A DNA stretch of 64,000 nucleotides from Octopus vulgaris (taxonomy: Eukaryota), in contig OX597830.1 of the NCBI GenBank assembly GCA_951406725.2, positions 54,684,001 through 54,748,000 of the forward strand, given 5' to 3'. Positions 1-13,839 of this stretch are shown here, piece by piece; within the stretch, counting starts at the first letter, position 1; every line of letters begins with the position of its first letter. The notes under the pieces were generated by a model. The model was not told the DNA's origin. It searched no databases and saw nothing but the letters and a program-made list of their open reading frames with translations. The translations under genes and the position numbers were made by a program.

Positions 1-33
<33 letters not shown>

Positions 34-434
34 TATAGACCCGCAGATAAATATTACACACTCAATAGTCTTCTTCAATACTTTTATTTTTTGCGCTCTT
101 TCCTTTTTTCTTCATTACTTATTTCTTCACTATATTCTAATTATTCTGCGTGTTTAAATATATACACACATCATTAATCAATATATACATGAATATATAT
201 ATGTATCGACTACATATAAATACAGCTACGATATTTTATTATCAGTGCTTCAAATATTTCGCCAATAAATGAACGTAACATCAGATCATTAATAAGTTGT
301 AGTTGCGACACTATAAGTAGCTTTACAAAACGTTTTAACTTCTGGTGAACACTCAGCTTAGTTATCAATGTTCATTTGGTCCGGTCTAGAATACTTGATC
401 ACAAGTAATACATAGCACATGCATAGCTATTGTT

Positions 435-493
<59 letters not shown>

Positions 494-845
494 TATCACT
501 TAGTATAATATTTATTTCTCTCCCTTTCTCTCATTGTTTGTCTAATTACCTTTCCCGCCACTTCTCCTCTCTCTCGCTCTCTTTCAGTAAGTGCATGTAA
601 GTGCATGCCTCTGTGTGTGTATATTTGTTCATCTAGGAAGATATGTTTGTATATATGAATATGTATGTGTGTGTGTGCATGCGTTATGCGCTTTTGTGTG
701 GGAGTGTATGTATAGAGGATTCTATGCATGTTTATTATTATATTCTATTAAGCTGCGTTGTTTCGTAATAGGTATATTTACTATTTTATATAACTATGCA
801 CCCAAGTACATACATTCATATATATGCACAATCATACATACATGT

Positions 846-882
<37 letters not shown>

Positions 883-1194
883 TATATGTGTATGCATGTA
901 TATATGTATATATGTATGTACGTACGTATGGATGTGTGTACGTATGAATGTATTTAGTATGTGTCGGTGCATGTATTACACAGTGCAAAGTAAATCATCA
1001 GGACTGAAATAAATTTAGAAAGCTTTTAGTTGTGCTTACATTTTGCAGTTTTCTATCACAACTAAATACTTCCTAATATACATATATGTAGAAGTAAGTT
1101 TATATATATATATACATACACACAAAAAAAAAAACACATATACAATGCACACTCGCATAGGCAGATTCTTTCAGAAATATTATATACACGTATA

Positions 1195-1571
1195 GGCGCA
1201 GGAGTGGTTGTGTGGTAAGTAGCTTGCTAACCAGCCACATGGTTCTGAGTTCAGTCCCACTGCGTGGCATCTTGGGCAAGTGTCTTCTGCTATAGCCCCG
1301 GGCCGATTAATGCCTTGTGAGTGGATTTGGTAGACGGAAACTGATATATATATGTATGTGTGTGAGTGTTTGTGTGTTTGTGTTTGTCCCCCTAGCATTG
1401 CTTGACAACCGATGCTGGTGTGTTTATATCCCCGTCACTTAGCGGTTCGACAAAAGAGACCGATAGAATAAGTACTGGACTTACAAAAGAATAAGTCCCG
1501 GGGTCGCTTTGCTCGACTAAAGGCAGTGCTCCAGCATGGCCGCAGTCAAATGACTGAAACAAGTAAAAGAG
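1195..1571 (+). mobile_element. SINE family A (tRNA-like head, internal microsatellite, AGTAAAAG-type tail)
   Basis: Head GGCGCAGGAGTGGTTGTGTGGTAAG...GAGTTCAGTCCC (A/B-box-like), CTTGGGCAAGTG body, tail CAGCATGGCCGCAGTCAAATGACTGAAACAAGTAAAAGAG; about 18 related copies in the window. Confidence 0.9.
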
Positions 1572-1645
<74 letters not shown>

Positions 1646-1685
1646 CATATATATGTATATATATGTATATATATGTATATATATG

Positions 1686-1753
<68 letters not shown>

Positions 1754-1913
1754 ACTTATTGTATCACATTACTCCTTTATGTACACTGTTTTGTTTTATA
1801 TTATTATGTTTGACCTTAAAGTTTCTTATGTGATGGTTTAATAAAGTACGTGATTGGGTATTATCTGGTAATTGATATTTGATTTGGATGTATTTCTCTA
1901 TTTTCTTATTTTG

Positions 1914-2099
<186 letters not shown>

Positions 2100-2138
2100 A
2101 TATATATATATATATAACACACACATACATATACATAA

Positions 2139-2179
<41 letters not shown>

Positions 2180-2181
<2 letters not shown>

Positions 2182-2410
2182 AGGGGGTACCCACACGTGC
2201 TGATCCTGAAATTTTTCCTTCTCTCGACTTTTCTGTTTTCCTTTCTGACGAAGCTCTATGGCTAGAAACGTTAAAAACCCAACTCCTCTTTCCACCTTTT
2301 CTGAGCGTGAAACTAATACATTCCATGTGTACGTCCTCTTGTTGTTTTGATATTGTTATTTTTAATGTTGGTTTATTAATGTTCAACTTTTAATATTCGA
2401 TTTGACTATA
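2180..2410 (+). mobile_element. Short non-coding PLE pseudo-LTR-like element with hammerhead-like motif
   Basis: Collinear with the arm at 56987-57193 (core motif, TTCTGAGC, ACGTCCTC, terminal ACTATA); sits between microsatellites. Confidence 0.6.
2242..2275 (+). ncRNA. Minimal type I hammerhead ribozyme-like motif
   Basis: TTT-CTGACGA-AGC(TCTATG)GCT-A-GAAA-CG-T-T-AAA: canonical core, palindromic AACGTT stem III, weak stems I and II. Confidence 0.55.
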
Positions 2411-2430
2411 TGTGTGTATGTATGTATATA

Positions 2431-2828
2431 CTCTTTTACTCTTTTACTTGTTTCAGTCATTTGACTGCGGCCATGCTGGAGCACCGCCTTTAATCGAGCA
2501 ACTCGACCTCGGGGCTTATTCTTTTGTAAGCCCAGTACTTATTCTATCGGTCTCTTTTGCCGAACCGCTAAGTAACGGGGACATAAACACACCAGCATCG
2601 GTTGTCAAGCAATGCTAGGGGGACAAACAGACACACATACACATACATACATATATATATGTATATACGACGGGATTCTTTCAGTTTCCGTCTACCAAAT
2701 CCACTCACAAGGCATTGGTCGGCCCGAGGCTATAGTAGAAGACACTTGCCCAAGGTGCCACGCAGTGGGACTGAACCCGGAACCATGTGGTCGGTAAACA
2801 AGCTACTTACCACACAGCCACTCCTGCG

Positions 2829-2830
<2 letters not shown>
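2431..2830 (-). mobile_element. SINE family A
   Basis: Reverse complement of the 1195-1571 type, full length. Confidence 0.9.
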
Positions 2831-2863
<33 letters not shown>

Positions 2864-3362
2864 CATATTCTTTGCCTGCAGTGTGCATCATTGCATTGGC
2901 GACTGCACAACTGTTTCTTCTGAAAAATTGAGGCCGTTTGAACAGAAATTACATATCATCATTATCGTCGTTATGTTCAACTGATATAAGAAATCGAAAA
3001 ATAAATACGCAAGAAACTGAATAAACAAAAGAATATTGTCAATATCTTCATTAAAATGGCTGTCGGTAGCAGAAGGGTCTGTAAAAAGTCAGACAAGTTG
3101 TCTTATGGTGTGTTATATGTCACGAGGTCATCTTGCCTTTCGTCCTTCTGAGATCAATAAAATAAGAAGAAACCAGGTATAGAGGATCGATACTACACCG
3201 CCATTACGAATTTATGGGTTTGTATCTAAGTTGAAAAGAAACTTATCATCTATTGCAATCATTAATAAATGATAATTTCTTGTATGATGCTTCAGGGCCG
3301 AAGACTTAGAGGAACAGCAGGAAAACGAAATACAGCACATTGTGGGACAAAAGTCAACAAAA

Positions 3363-3528
3363 GGTGCAGGCATGGTTGTATGGTAAGAAGCTTGCTTCCC
3401 AACCACATGTCCTCGGGTTCAGTCCCTCTGATTGCCACCTTGGGAAAGTGTCTTCTGTTATAGCCTCGAGCCTACCAAAGCCCTTTGAATGGATCTGGCA
3501 GACGGAAACTAATAGAAGCTCGTCGTAC

Positions 3529-3577
<49 letters not shown>

Positions 3578-3829
3578 TGTGTGTGTGTGTGTGTTTGTGT
3601 GTATGTATGTGTGCATGTTTGTGCGCGTGTATGTGTGTGTGTTCACGTTTGTGCTTGTCTCCACCATCGCTTGACAATCGGTGTTGTTGTGTTTACGTCT
3701 CCGTAACCTAGTGCTTCGGCAAAAGAACTAATAGACTTAGTAACAGGCTTTAAAAGGAAAATAAATACTAGGATCGATTAGTTTGGCTAAAATTCCTCAA
3801 AGCGGTACCCCAGCATGGCCACAGTCTAA
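3363..3829 (+). mobile_element. SINE family A, diverged
   Basis: Head, internal (TG)n and tail recognisable; tail cut off by the adjacent PLE. Confidence 0.8.
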
Positions 3830-5158
3830 TTCTGGAAGTGGTGCAATTAGGGTAGATATAATACTGTAATATGAATGGTGTATGGGGTGTATGGAGGTTA
3901 GTGATATTATTGGCAAGGTTAGTAGTGTCCTGTATTATGTTATGTGTTCATGTTGAGTTGTGGATGATATTTATTAATGAAAGTTGCTTCTTTATTCATT
4001 CTTTGCTGGACTCCTTGAACTCAGATCAGTACTAATCAAGAGACATTACCCAAAATCATTAATAAATGATGGTATTAAATGTGCAAAGGAAATAGACATA
4101 TGAACATTAAGGAAAGTCAACCGGAATACTACACCAGATTTTAAAATACTCCCATACATCTCCACACATAACCCTAGAAACAATGAAGCCTTCAACATCA
4201 TCATCCAAAATCTACCCATCCTCACAGGAGATAAAACAATGAACAAAATTTTAGGCTCACACAAAATTATCAAGAGCAAAATGCAACCAAAATCATTGAA
4301 AAATATATTAACCAACGCAAGACTATATCCATTAACAACGGAACCAAAAGTGAAAAAATGCGGGCGGCCTAACTGTGGCACATGCTCCTACCTTTTGGAG
4401 GGTACAGAGTTCCACTTTAAACAAGGTGAGATATTTAAGATAAAATCAAATTTCACCTCGGAAAGCTTAATCTATGCCATTACCTACGATACTCACTATA
4501 TGGCCAAACAGGAATGTCCCTCCGACGAAGAACAACTCTTCACAAAGAACAAATCCGCTACTCACAATACAGACAGATGCAGGTCAGTGAACGCATAGAA
4601 AGATGTGCTAGGAACCTTAAAACGAACTTCCTAATTTTCCCTTTCTATCAATGTTCACAGAACACCTCAGTACAGCAAAGATGAACGCATATCATAATAC
4701 AGATGAACACATAACATAAAACAGATGAACACATAACATGAACATATAACATAATATAGGACATCACTAACTAATTTCCATACATCCCATACACCATTCA
4801 TATTACAGTATTATATCTACCCTAATTGCACCACTTCCAGAACTGCTTACCTCCCTATGCATATAATCTTTTCACCCAGGGACTATTAGACCCGACATCG
4901 TTTGTAAATCGGTGCTCATTCAAAGCCAGTGAACAGCTTTTGATTATACCGGTATGACTTTGAATCTCATTAACAATTCAAAATAATGACTGTTATACCT
5001 CTTTATTCTACCTCAGTTCATCTAATTGCATTTATTTATCGTTATTTTTCATTAAAAAGCCTTTATGTTTTATAGCCAATGTGCATTTTCTCTTCTTTCT
5101 TTTTACTTTTCCCCTATTTATACCACGTGTAGTCTTTTTTCTCTTCGAAACCTATTTC

Positions 5159-5160
<2 letters not shown>
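3830..5160 (+). mobile_element. Penelope-like retroelement 3' fragment (RT thumb, Cys linker, GIY-YIG), decayed, with inverted 5' copy of its 3' region
   Basis: From 4011: RHYPKSLINDGIK...KKCGRPNCGTC...LIYAIT, frameshift, GQTGMSLRRRTTLHKEQIR; 3830-3955 is the reverse complement of about 4735-4842. Confidence 0.8.
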
Positions 5161-5251
<91 letters not shown>

Positions 5252-5298
5252 CATACATACATACATACATACATACATACATACATACATACATACAT

Positions 5299-5703
5299 AG
5301 ATGGAGTCGTGGCTGTGTGTTAAGAAGCTTGCTTCCCAACCACATGGTTCTGGGTTCGCTCCCACTGCATGGCACCTTGGGCAATTGTCTTTTACTATAA
5401 CCTCGGGCCAACCAAAGTCTTGTGAATGGATTTGGTAGTCGAAAACTGAAAGAATCCCGTCGTATATATGTATGAGTATATATTCATGTGTGTGTGTCTT
5501 TGTCTCCACCACTATCGCTTTACAACCTATGTTGGTGTGTTAATGTCCCCGTAACATAGCGGTTCGGCAAAAAGACCGATAGAATAAGTATTAGGCTTAC
5601 AAAGAATAAGTCCTGGGGTCGATTTCTTCGACTAAAACCCATCAAGCCGGTGCTCCAGCCTGACCAAAGTCAAATGATTGAGACAAGTAAAAGAATAAAA
5701 GAA
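5299..5703 (+). mobile_element. SINE family A
   Basis: Head, body and tail match the other copies. Confidence 0.85.
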
Positions 5704-6194
5704 TATTAGATAAACTCAGCTTTTCCAATCTTTACGAAGTCTGATCTTTACACCATTTGCAGGTAGAGTAACAAATTCCTCTTCTCTAATTTTAATCGAA
5801 ACGACAGATCAAAATTAAAGCGTAATACTCAACTGCTGACAAACTTTTCTATTTCTCATTTTACATCTTACAGTCACATTTCTTATACCGCTGTAAACAA
5901 TGCTGCGTAACTTAACATTCTGCTTTATGATTTATACAACATACAAACTTCTATCTTCTTTCCATATTACAGGATAAACCTATACACACCATATTTCCAC
6001 ACATCACGTACAGACGCGCACATGCTCGCCTATGAACAAACACACACGCACTCATACACACACACACTCATGCATACACACACACGCACACACACACATA
6101 CACACACACCATATATACATATATATATATACGTATATATACATAGACACACACATATATGCACACACACACACACACACATAGTCGTGTCAAT

Positions 6195-7090
6195 CTTCCC
6201 ATTGTTCGTGAGGAAGATCTTGAGGATCTCCGCAGTCCTTCATGTGTTTTCGACTTTCTCTTCTGCACTTAACTAGCTATTTGTTCTTTCTCTATCGTTC
6301 TCCATCATTTCAAAATCTTTCTGTTATACAGTCTGTTTCTGACAGCATCGATAAGTCTCTCTTGTTTCATAACTCTGCGAATATATTCATCTTTGGTGAT
6401 TTTAATATTCACCATAAAGAGAAGCTTAAGTTTTTTTATAGTCCTGGTGCATCTGACATTGAAGGGTATAATTTTGCACTTTCTCAATCGCTCACACAAC
6501 TAGTTGACTTTCCTACTTGCATTCCAGATCACGATGACCAATCTTCCTCCTTCCCGGATCTCTTTTTGGCATCAAATCCTGATATCTGTAAGGTCTGTCA
6601 TGATTCTCCACTCGGGAGAACTGACCATGTTGTTGTTTCAGCTGACGTTTCACTGAATTGTTCTGCTGCCAAGGAGTCCTCAATTCATCTTACTCTATTC
6701 AGCTATGATCGTGGTGACTGGCACAAAATTCGCAACTTACTTTGTGACGTTCCTTGAACCTTGACATTGATCACCTGAGCTCTCTTCTCTGGTTCCTCCT
6801 TTAAGAATTTATCAGCAATCAACTAGACTTGCATCCAGTTCTCATCAATATACTGTGCAACCACCTAAGTCTCATAAAGCACTTTACAGTACCAGTTTCT
6901 TCCCTCGCACCTCTGAACTTTGGAATTCCCTTCCAGTCTTGTTTTCCTCTTCAAAATGACCTCCTCCAGTTTTTAAAGTCTAATGTACATCGTCACCGAT
7001 TGACTTCTGTCTAGCGTCCATTTTATTCTGGTAGCTCTTACGTTTTCAGTGGTCTAAGGACCTTGTAATGAGCGAATGCTCTAAAAAGAA
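6195..7090 (+). mobile_element. CR1/L2-group LINE remnant: APE endonuclease joined to the ORF2 C-terminus
   Basis: LYRSPS, IFGDFNIHH, LTQLVDFPT, DLFL, PLGRTDH (APE motifs), then SFFPRTSELWNSLP at about 6895-6935. Confidence 0.8.
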
Positions 7091-7251
7091 CATATATAAA
7101 TACACATATATGTAGACAGAAATAGATATAGATATACATATATATTTATACACGTGTATATTAAATGTGTGTGTGGTATGTATGTGTGTATGTGTGAGGG
7201 CATGGTGTGTGTGTGTGTTTGTGCATGGTGTGTGTTGTGTGTGCGTGCGTA

Positions 7252-7282
<31 letters not shown>

Positions 7283-8439
7283 AGTGTGTGTGTGTGTAAT
7301 TGTGCGTGAACAACAAAAGATTAAAGAATTCGGATGCATAATGCGATAAAACGCTGAATACCCTAGGTCATGGCTCCATGACTCCATGAATTACGTTATG
7401 AATTACGACTTAGTATGGAAGGGTGTTAATATTATGAAGAACAGGGGAGACTACCTATCTGCTCCAATACTAGGAACGTAGTACTTCTTGCTATCCCTGG
7501 GAAGTCCCTGAATAAGATCATTCTCCAAATATTGACCCAACCAACAAGGCTATGAAGGACCGCTGACAATGCTCCTCTCTGATGAAATGAAGCCGGGTTG
7601 AATGAGACCCTGACAACCTCTCGAAATAAAAAATTTAGAAATCTAAATAAAAACTGGTATTTTACTGGAAGTGTCCCAGAACGGCCCAATTTATGATACA
7701 GCATGGAGCGGAAACAAAATGTAAATAGATGATAAATATAACAGTTTATCATGGTAGGATTTAGATCATTAAATATTTATTGATGGATGACAATCTTTGG
7801 TGGGCTGCGTGTTACGTTCATAATCATACTAATATTGGTATTAGTTCTCGTGCATTTTTATTAACCTGAAGTGTTCGCATTTGCATATAAACAACAGTTG
7901 AATAAATAGAATAGTATTAAAGAGAATAGTATTCAAGAGCTATCGAATGGGATAAGTAAAACTTTTCACTGTATAATATGCTAAATAGTAACACGAAGAC
8001 CGTTTATAATTGTTTAGAACAAATTAAATTGGAAGAATTGAAGCGCCTTATCACAAAGCTGACTGACATAATTTCGAGGTGAATCTCCTGCCATTTCCCG
8101 AAAAACACGTTGAAAGGTGATAACATGTGTTATGGAATTGAGTGACATAATTCTGTGTAACGCCAGAGTTCGTTCTGTGGGGAAACGTAGAAAAGGGTGA
8201 GAAAGCAACTCACGTAGTAGAGCGACAAGGCTCCGTGTAGACTTCTGGATGACTCTGCCTGGGGTTCAATTTACCAGCTTTTTATAACCCCCAACAGAGT
8301 TTCTAGAAAGTTCGACCAAACTATTTAACAGGAAAATTCCACCTCACGATCGGGGTCTCGCTGCAACAGCAGTGAATATCCGTCGGCTTCGACGCTGAGA
8401 AGTAGTTATTCGATCGCCCGAAATTACCCGCACATTGGA

Positions 8440-8650
8440 TTAGCGTGTAAGTGGCTGAGTATTCCACAGACATGTGTATCCTTAAAGTAATTCACAGGTT
8501 CAATCAGAATAACGCACTGTGTGACAAGACTATCTTTCGAATTACATATCACCCAACGGGTTTCTATATAGTTTCCATGTGTCTGAGGTAATGGAAAATG
8601 ATGTTTGTCGAAGATGTCACGCAGTGGGTTCGAACCGGTGACCATTCGGC
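8440..8650 (-). mobile_element. Old SINE family C fragment (tail T2)
   Basis: GTGGCTGAGTATTCCACAGACATGTGTATCCTTAA is the reverse complement of the T2 tail at about 44740-44785. Confidence 0.55.
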
Positions 8651-8984
8651 CACACTGCATTCACATGGCAAATATGAATATATAATACACTAAATAAAAT
8701 TAAATCTAAACCTAATATATTCATTTCACAAAACGTATTGATTATACTCTCATTTTAGTTCCCAAAACCCATTCACAATCTGCACACAGACACAAACTCA
8801 TATATATATATATATCAGACATGCATGAGCACACATATGTGTATGTGTGTGCGCGTGTGTGTGCACGCGCGTTACGAGAGAGTCTACTTCCTGTCTGGTC
8901 AGCTGAATTTCCGCATCTAGCGTACATCTTGCTATTGTTATTGGTGACATCAATATATCGGATGGCGATGGCGGCAGTGGTGGC

Positions 8985-9643
8985 AGTGGTGCGGGGGTGT
9001 TGCATTTGTGGTGATGGTGTTAGTGGTGGTGGTGGTGGTGGTGGTGGTGGTGGTGAAGGAATGGTGGGAGGGCATCGATGGTGGAAGTGGGAGGAGACGT
9101 GATAGTCGGAGTGATGGCGGTGATGATGGTAGTGGTAACGAATGATGATGATGATGGTGGTGGGCAATGGTGGTGGTGGTGGTGATGGTGGTGGTGGTGA
9201 TGATGATGTTCATGGTAGTGATAGTAGTTTGTGGTATGCTGAGGGCGGTGGTGACAGCAGGGATGGTTAACAGGGTAGTGTGAAGGAATCGGTGAATGTA
9301 GTTATGATAGTGAAATTGGAGCAGTGGCAATACCAACACCCCCACAATCGCTTCCACCTCTTCCACCACCACTGCCATCATTGCCATCACCGCCATCACT
9401 GCCATCACTACCATCACCGCCATGACCACTATCAGGAGCAGCAACAGCCGTGGCAATGATGTGATTGGTTCTCCGTCGGCGTCTCCGATGAGCATTCAAT
9501 TGTTCGATTGACTGAATTCCTTGTGAAATTGGTCTGTGAGTAGCTGAGAATTCCACACACACACGTGTACACTTAATGCATTAGCTCAGGCCAAATCAGC
9601 GTGGTACTACGCGGACTTTACAATACTGCAGGTTGGAGAGAGC

Positions 9644-9681
<38 letters not shown>

Positions 9682-10474
9682 TAGAGAGCGAGGGAGAGAG
9701 ACAGGGAGAGAAAGAGAGACAGAGTGAGATAGAGAGAGAAAGACAAAGAGAGAGGAAAAGAGAGACAGAGAGAAAGAAGAAGAAGAAGAAGAAGAAGAAG
9801 AAGAAGAAGAAGAAGAAGAAGAAGAAGAAGAAGAAGAAGAAGAAGAAGAAGAAGAAGCATTGCTTTCACCATTCGAGTGGTATTTTATTTTATGGTCCCT
9901 TCTCCACTGCCCCGCCAAAAAAAAAAAAAAATGAATCGTAATATTAAATTGAGAAAAAAAAAAACAAAACTTAAAGGTTTAGCTGGCGTTGGCAGGATTC
10001 GATCTCAGAAAGCCAGAACCAATGACTCCTATGACCCAGACCATTCGCTACCTTAAAACTATTACTAATAACAAGAAGAACAACAACAACAACAACCACA
10101 ACAACAGTAGCATCAACAACAACCTTAACAACAGCAAAAATAGCAACGCAAAACCACACCAATAGCAACAACAATAACAACAGACCACAGCAATAACAAC
10201 AACCACTAACATGACACTACCACCGCCACCCCACCATTTACCACTAGCACTACTACTACTGCTACTACCACCACTCAGTTATACATGCATGAAATTGAGA
10301 TAACTAGTGTTGTTGTTGTTGTTGTTATTTATGTTGCTGCTGTTGTTTAGCTCCACATCGGCTCTAATAGCGCAGTATTGTGATTAAAGGAAATCCAACC
10401 GCGACTATCGCATCTTATTTTTTCTACTACGTTGAAAGTATCCTTCCTTTTTTCTAAAACAGTAGATATAAAGA

Positions 10475-10527
<53 letters not shown>

Positions 10528-10530
10528 ATG

Positions 10531-10584
<54 letters not shown>

Positions 10585-10671
10585 GTAGTAGTAGTTGTTG
10601 TTGTTATAGTAGTAGTTGTTATAGTAGTTGTAGTTGTAGTAGTAGTAGTAATAGTAGTAGTAGTAGTAGCT

Positions 10672-10715
<44 letters not shown>

Positions 10716-10810
10716 TGTTGTAGTAGTAGTAGTTGTAGTAGTAGTAGTCTAGTGGCAAGGTGGTAGTGGTGGTGGTGTGTATGAGTGTGTGTGTGTGTGT
10801 GTGTGTGTCG
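8985..10810. repeat. Microsatellite and low-complexity cluster: (GGT)n, (GAT)n, (GA)n, (GAA)n, (AAC)n, (AGT)n
   Basis: Directly visible, e.g. (GAA)n at about 9773-9857 and (AGT)n at about 10475-10748. Confidence 0.95.
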
Positions 10811-11768
10811 TTGATGCGTATTGGGGGTGATGAAGGGTAAGTAACAGGGACCGTGAGATCTGGCCCTTGTGGAAACCGACGGTATTCATCCCATGTACAG
10901 CTGATCTTTCCTTCTTAGCATTTTCCTGTCGTTATTTACATGGAATTGTAGTTAAAAACAAGTGAAAGTTAAAAGAAAAAAACAAACAAAACAACTATGG
11001 TTTAGTTTTGCTAATTAATTTACTTGTTTAGAGGAAAAAGAACCGTTTGTTCTCTTTTTAGAGGCGACGTTAGTTATGGACATATGTTTCGGTTTTTTTA
11101 AGACCTCGTTAGTGTAATATTAATCCATTCAAGCCTAATAAGTTGACAAGCTTTTCTCTGTAGAAAAAGACTTACAAATATTTTAGCCCTGAATAATTTG
11201 AATGATTACAAATAAAATGTGCCAAGGAAAGTAACTCGAATGGGCTAATGACAAGAAATTAATGGGTGATATATTGAAAGCAGTACCATCTCAGACTGGA
11301 ATAATTCACGACGGATCCAGTATAATGTTTATCAAAATATGATGTTGTCGTTATTGTTGTTGTTGTGGCCACGTGTGGTACTTGTGACCGATCTAAGTAT
11401 TACGTGGCTTGGCTTTCTTTATTATTTATTCAATAAGTACAACAGACGTTGCATTTTCTATTTTTGTCTGCAGTGTGTATGTATGTGTGTGTGCGTGTGC
11501 GTGTGTGTGTGTGCGTTTATGTGTGTATGGGTGTGTGTGAGTGTTGTGTTAATGCATGCAATGGTCGGTAGCATTTAATGGTCTCTTTTGTTGGTAAAAT
11601 ATATGGAGATGACTGGATTGTTAAGTACTATTTTTAATCTATTTGTTTTGAGCAACGTTTGTAAGTGGTTTAAAGTAGGGTTGTCGTAGTCGTGGGAGAC
11701 TGTGACTGTGGTGCCATATGTGTATGATATTTTGTTTGTTTTAAAAAAATTTGGAAATGACAAGTATA

Positions 11769-12122
11769 TACAGATTTAAAAGAACGGGGAATAGTACGAA
11801 TCACTGAGGTACACCATTCGGGTTATTACATATTCTGGTTATGTCATATCAATACAGGTTTAAAAAGAACGGGTGACAAGACGGATTCTTGTACACCATT
11901 CAGGAAATATCATACGTGTAGATACAGGTTAAAAAGATGAGTGATAGGATGGGCTCTATCGGTACACAGCTCGAGTAATTCCATACGTATGTGTACAAGT
12001 TAAAAAGAACGGGTGACAGAACGGATCGTTGTGGTACATCATCCGAGTAAATACGTATATGTAGCTACAGGTTAAAAAGAACAAGTGACAAGACAGACCC
12101 TTGTGGTGCACCATTCGGGGAG
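11769..12122. repeat. Degenerate minisatellite, 5 units of about 70-84 bp
   Basis: TACAGGTTAAAAAGAACGGGTGACA...GTACACCATTCG recurs at 11769, 11853, 11923, 11994 and 12066. Confidence 0.8.
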
Positions 12123-12137
12123 CTATATATATATATA

Positions 12138-12680
12138 CATTAATACCTCGATATACGAGTTAATTTGTTCTCGGAGAAAGCTCGTAAAGCGAAAACTCGT
12201 CAGGCAGAACAATATTTTCCCATAGTAGCAATGTTATAAATCGTTATTCGTTCCCAGAAAAATATTTTACCTATAAAATTTAAAATACTCGTAAATAAAT
12301 GGCAATAAAACAACAAGTAGAATGTAAAGAATATTTTATGTAATATGAGAAGAATGTCAAGATCATTTATAATAAAAAATATTATTATAATAGTCGTTTT
12401 TTGAATCACTTTCACTCGCACTAGACAATCTCACCATCACTTGTAGACGCGATCGCCAATTCACAAGCACTCGTAGACTAACCTGTAGATTTCTTTTTAA
12501 AGAACAAGACTAGAGTTGTTTGCTTAGAAGAAGCCCTTTTTCGCTTTCCATAAATTTCTCGGTAACATGCAGAAGCATTTGTTATAGAAGTAGAAACTTT
12601 TGTACTTCGTTCAAAATTTGGATCTTGTACTTGAAAAATAAACTCGTGAACCCGGGGCCTCGTAAAGTGAGGTATTACTG
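12138..12680. mobile_element. pogo/Tigger-like MITE
   Basis: TIRs CA(T)TAATACCTCGATATACGAG / CTCGTAAAGTGAGGTATTACTG, each flanked by TA. Confidence 0.75.
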
Positions 12681-13579
12681 TAATTACATGTATCATGGTG
12701 ACGGACAGACGGGATTTAAATTGTTTCTTAAAGAAAGATATGGAGTATTCTATTCATAAGTAGGTAACGGAGAAGGGAAACAAACGTTTTACTGGTGTCG
12801 TTGGTCGTTCGGACGATGTAAGTTACAGAATCGGCTAAAGGTAGCAGCAACTCGTGTGGCACTCCGTGGGGGTGCTACGAGCTAAAGGAATGTCTGGGAT
12901 CTTCCCAATACAAAAGGTAAATAATTTGAAAATAGAAAAGAAATGAAATAAAAATAATAGTGATGTGAAGCTTATTTTTAAAATGCTTTGTTGGTGTATA
13001 TGGAAATGGAAGGAGAAGCCGATGCTTAATAAATGGGAAGATGTGAAACTTTGACGTTGTATTCGAACTTTGTTGGAGTTTGTATTATTGTAGCAAACAC
13101 TTTTATCCTTATATTTGTGGTTTTACTTGTAAGAGACTCAAGGCGTAGCTTACACGAGATGCTAGCAGCCCTAGAGCCACCCCTGTGCATGTAAGATTTT
13201 GTAGTAGTTATTGCTATAATCATCCTCCATTCTTTGAGAGTTCAAAAGAGGATAATGACATCAAGGCCGAGTCTTTGGTAGATATAGGGAAAATTTGCTA
13301 TGGGAGAATAGGGGCGAGTATTTCCGTAATGTGGGTTAAAGCGTGGAGTAGGGAGGGAAGGAGTAATTCTTTATGAGGGTGTACAGTGGGTGGTTGTGAG
13401 AGGGGTGAGCATTTCTCTATGAGGATATGAAGTGGAATGGAAGTGGGTTGTTTCTGTGTGTGTGTGTGGGGGATGAAATTGGTTGTAATGGGGTGGATTG
13501 GAGTATCTCTGTATGAAGTTGCAATGTTTTTGTTTTTTAATTTCTATTTTAGATTTTAAACTTTGTTATAGTTTTGTCC

Positions 13580-13839
13580 GTGGAGGCGCGTGGCTTAGTG
13601 GTTAGGGTATCTGCATCATGATCGTAAGATTGTGGTTTCGATTCCTGGACCGGGTGACGTGTTGTGTTCTTGAGCAAAACACTTCATTTCACGTTGCTCC
13701 AGTTCACTCAGCTGGCAAAAATGGGTAACGCTGCGATGGACTGGCGTCCCGTCCAGCTGGGGAACACATACGCTACAGAAACCGGGAAACTGGGCCCATG
13801 AGCCTGGCTAGGCTTGAAAAGGGCGCATTTATTTTTTTA
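13580..13839 (+). mobile_element. SINE family C, head H1 + tail T1
   Basis: tRNA-like head TGGCTTAGTGG...GTTTCGATTCC; TSD TTATAG(T/C)TTTGTCC at 13566-13579 and 13840-13853. Confidence 0.85.

Noticed and set aside
7971-8434. Possible solo LTR (TG...CA ends, minus-strand TATAAAA)
   Set aside because: No TSD, PBS, PPT or second copy to support the boundaries
11769-12122. CRISPR-like repeat-spacer pattern
   Set aside because: Eukaryotic context, degenerate repeats, homologous inter-block segments, no cas genes
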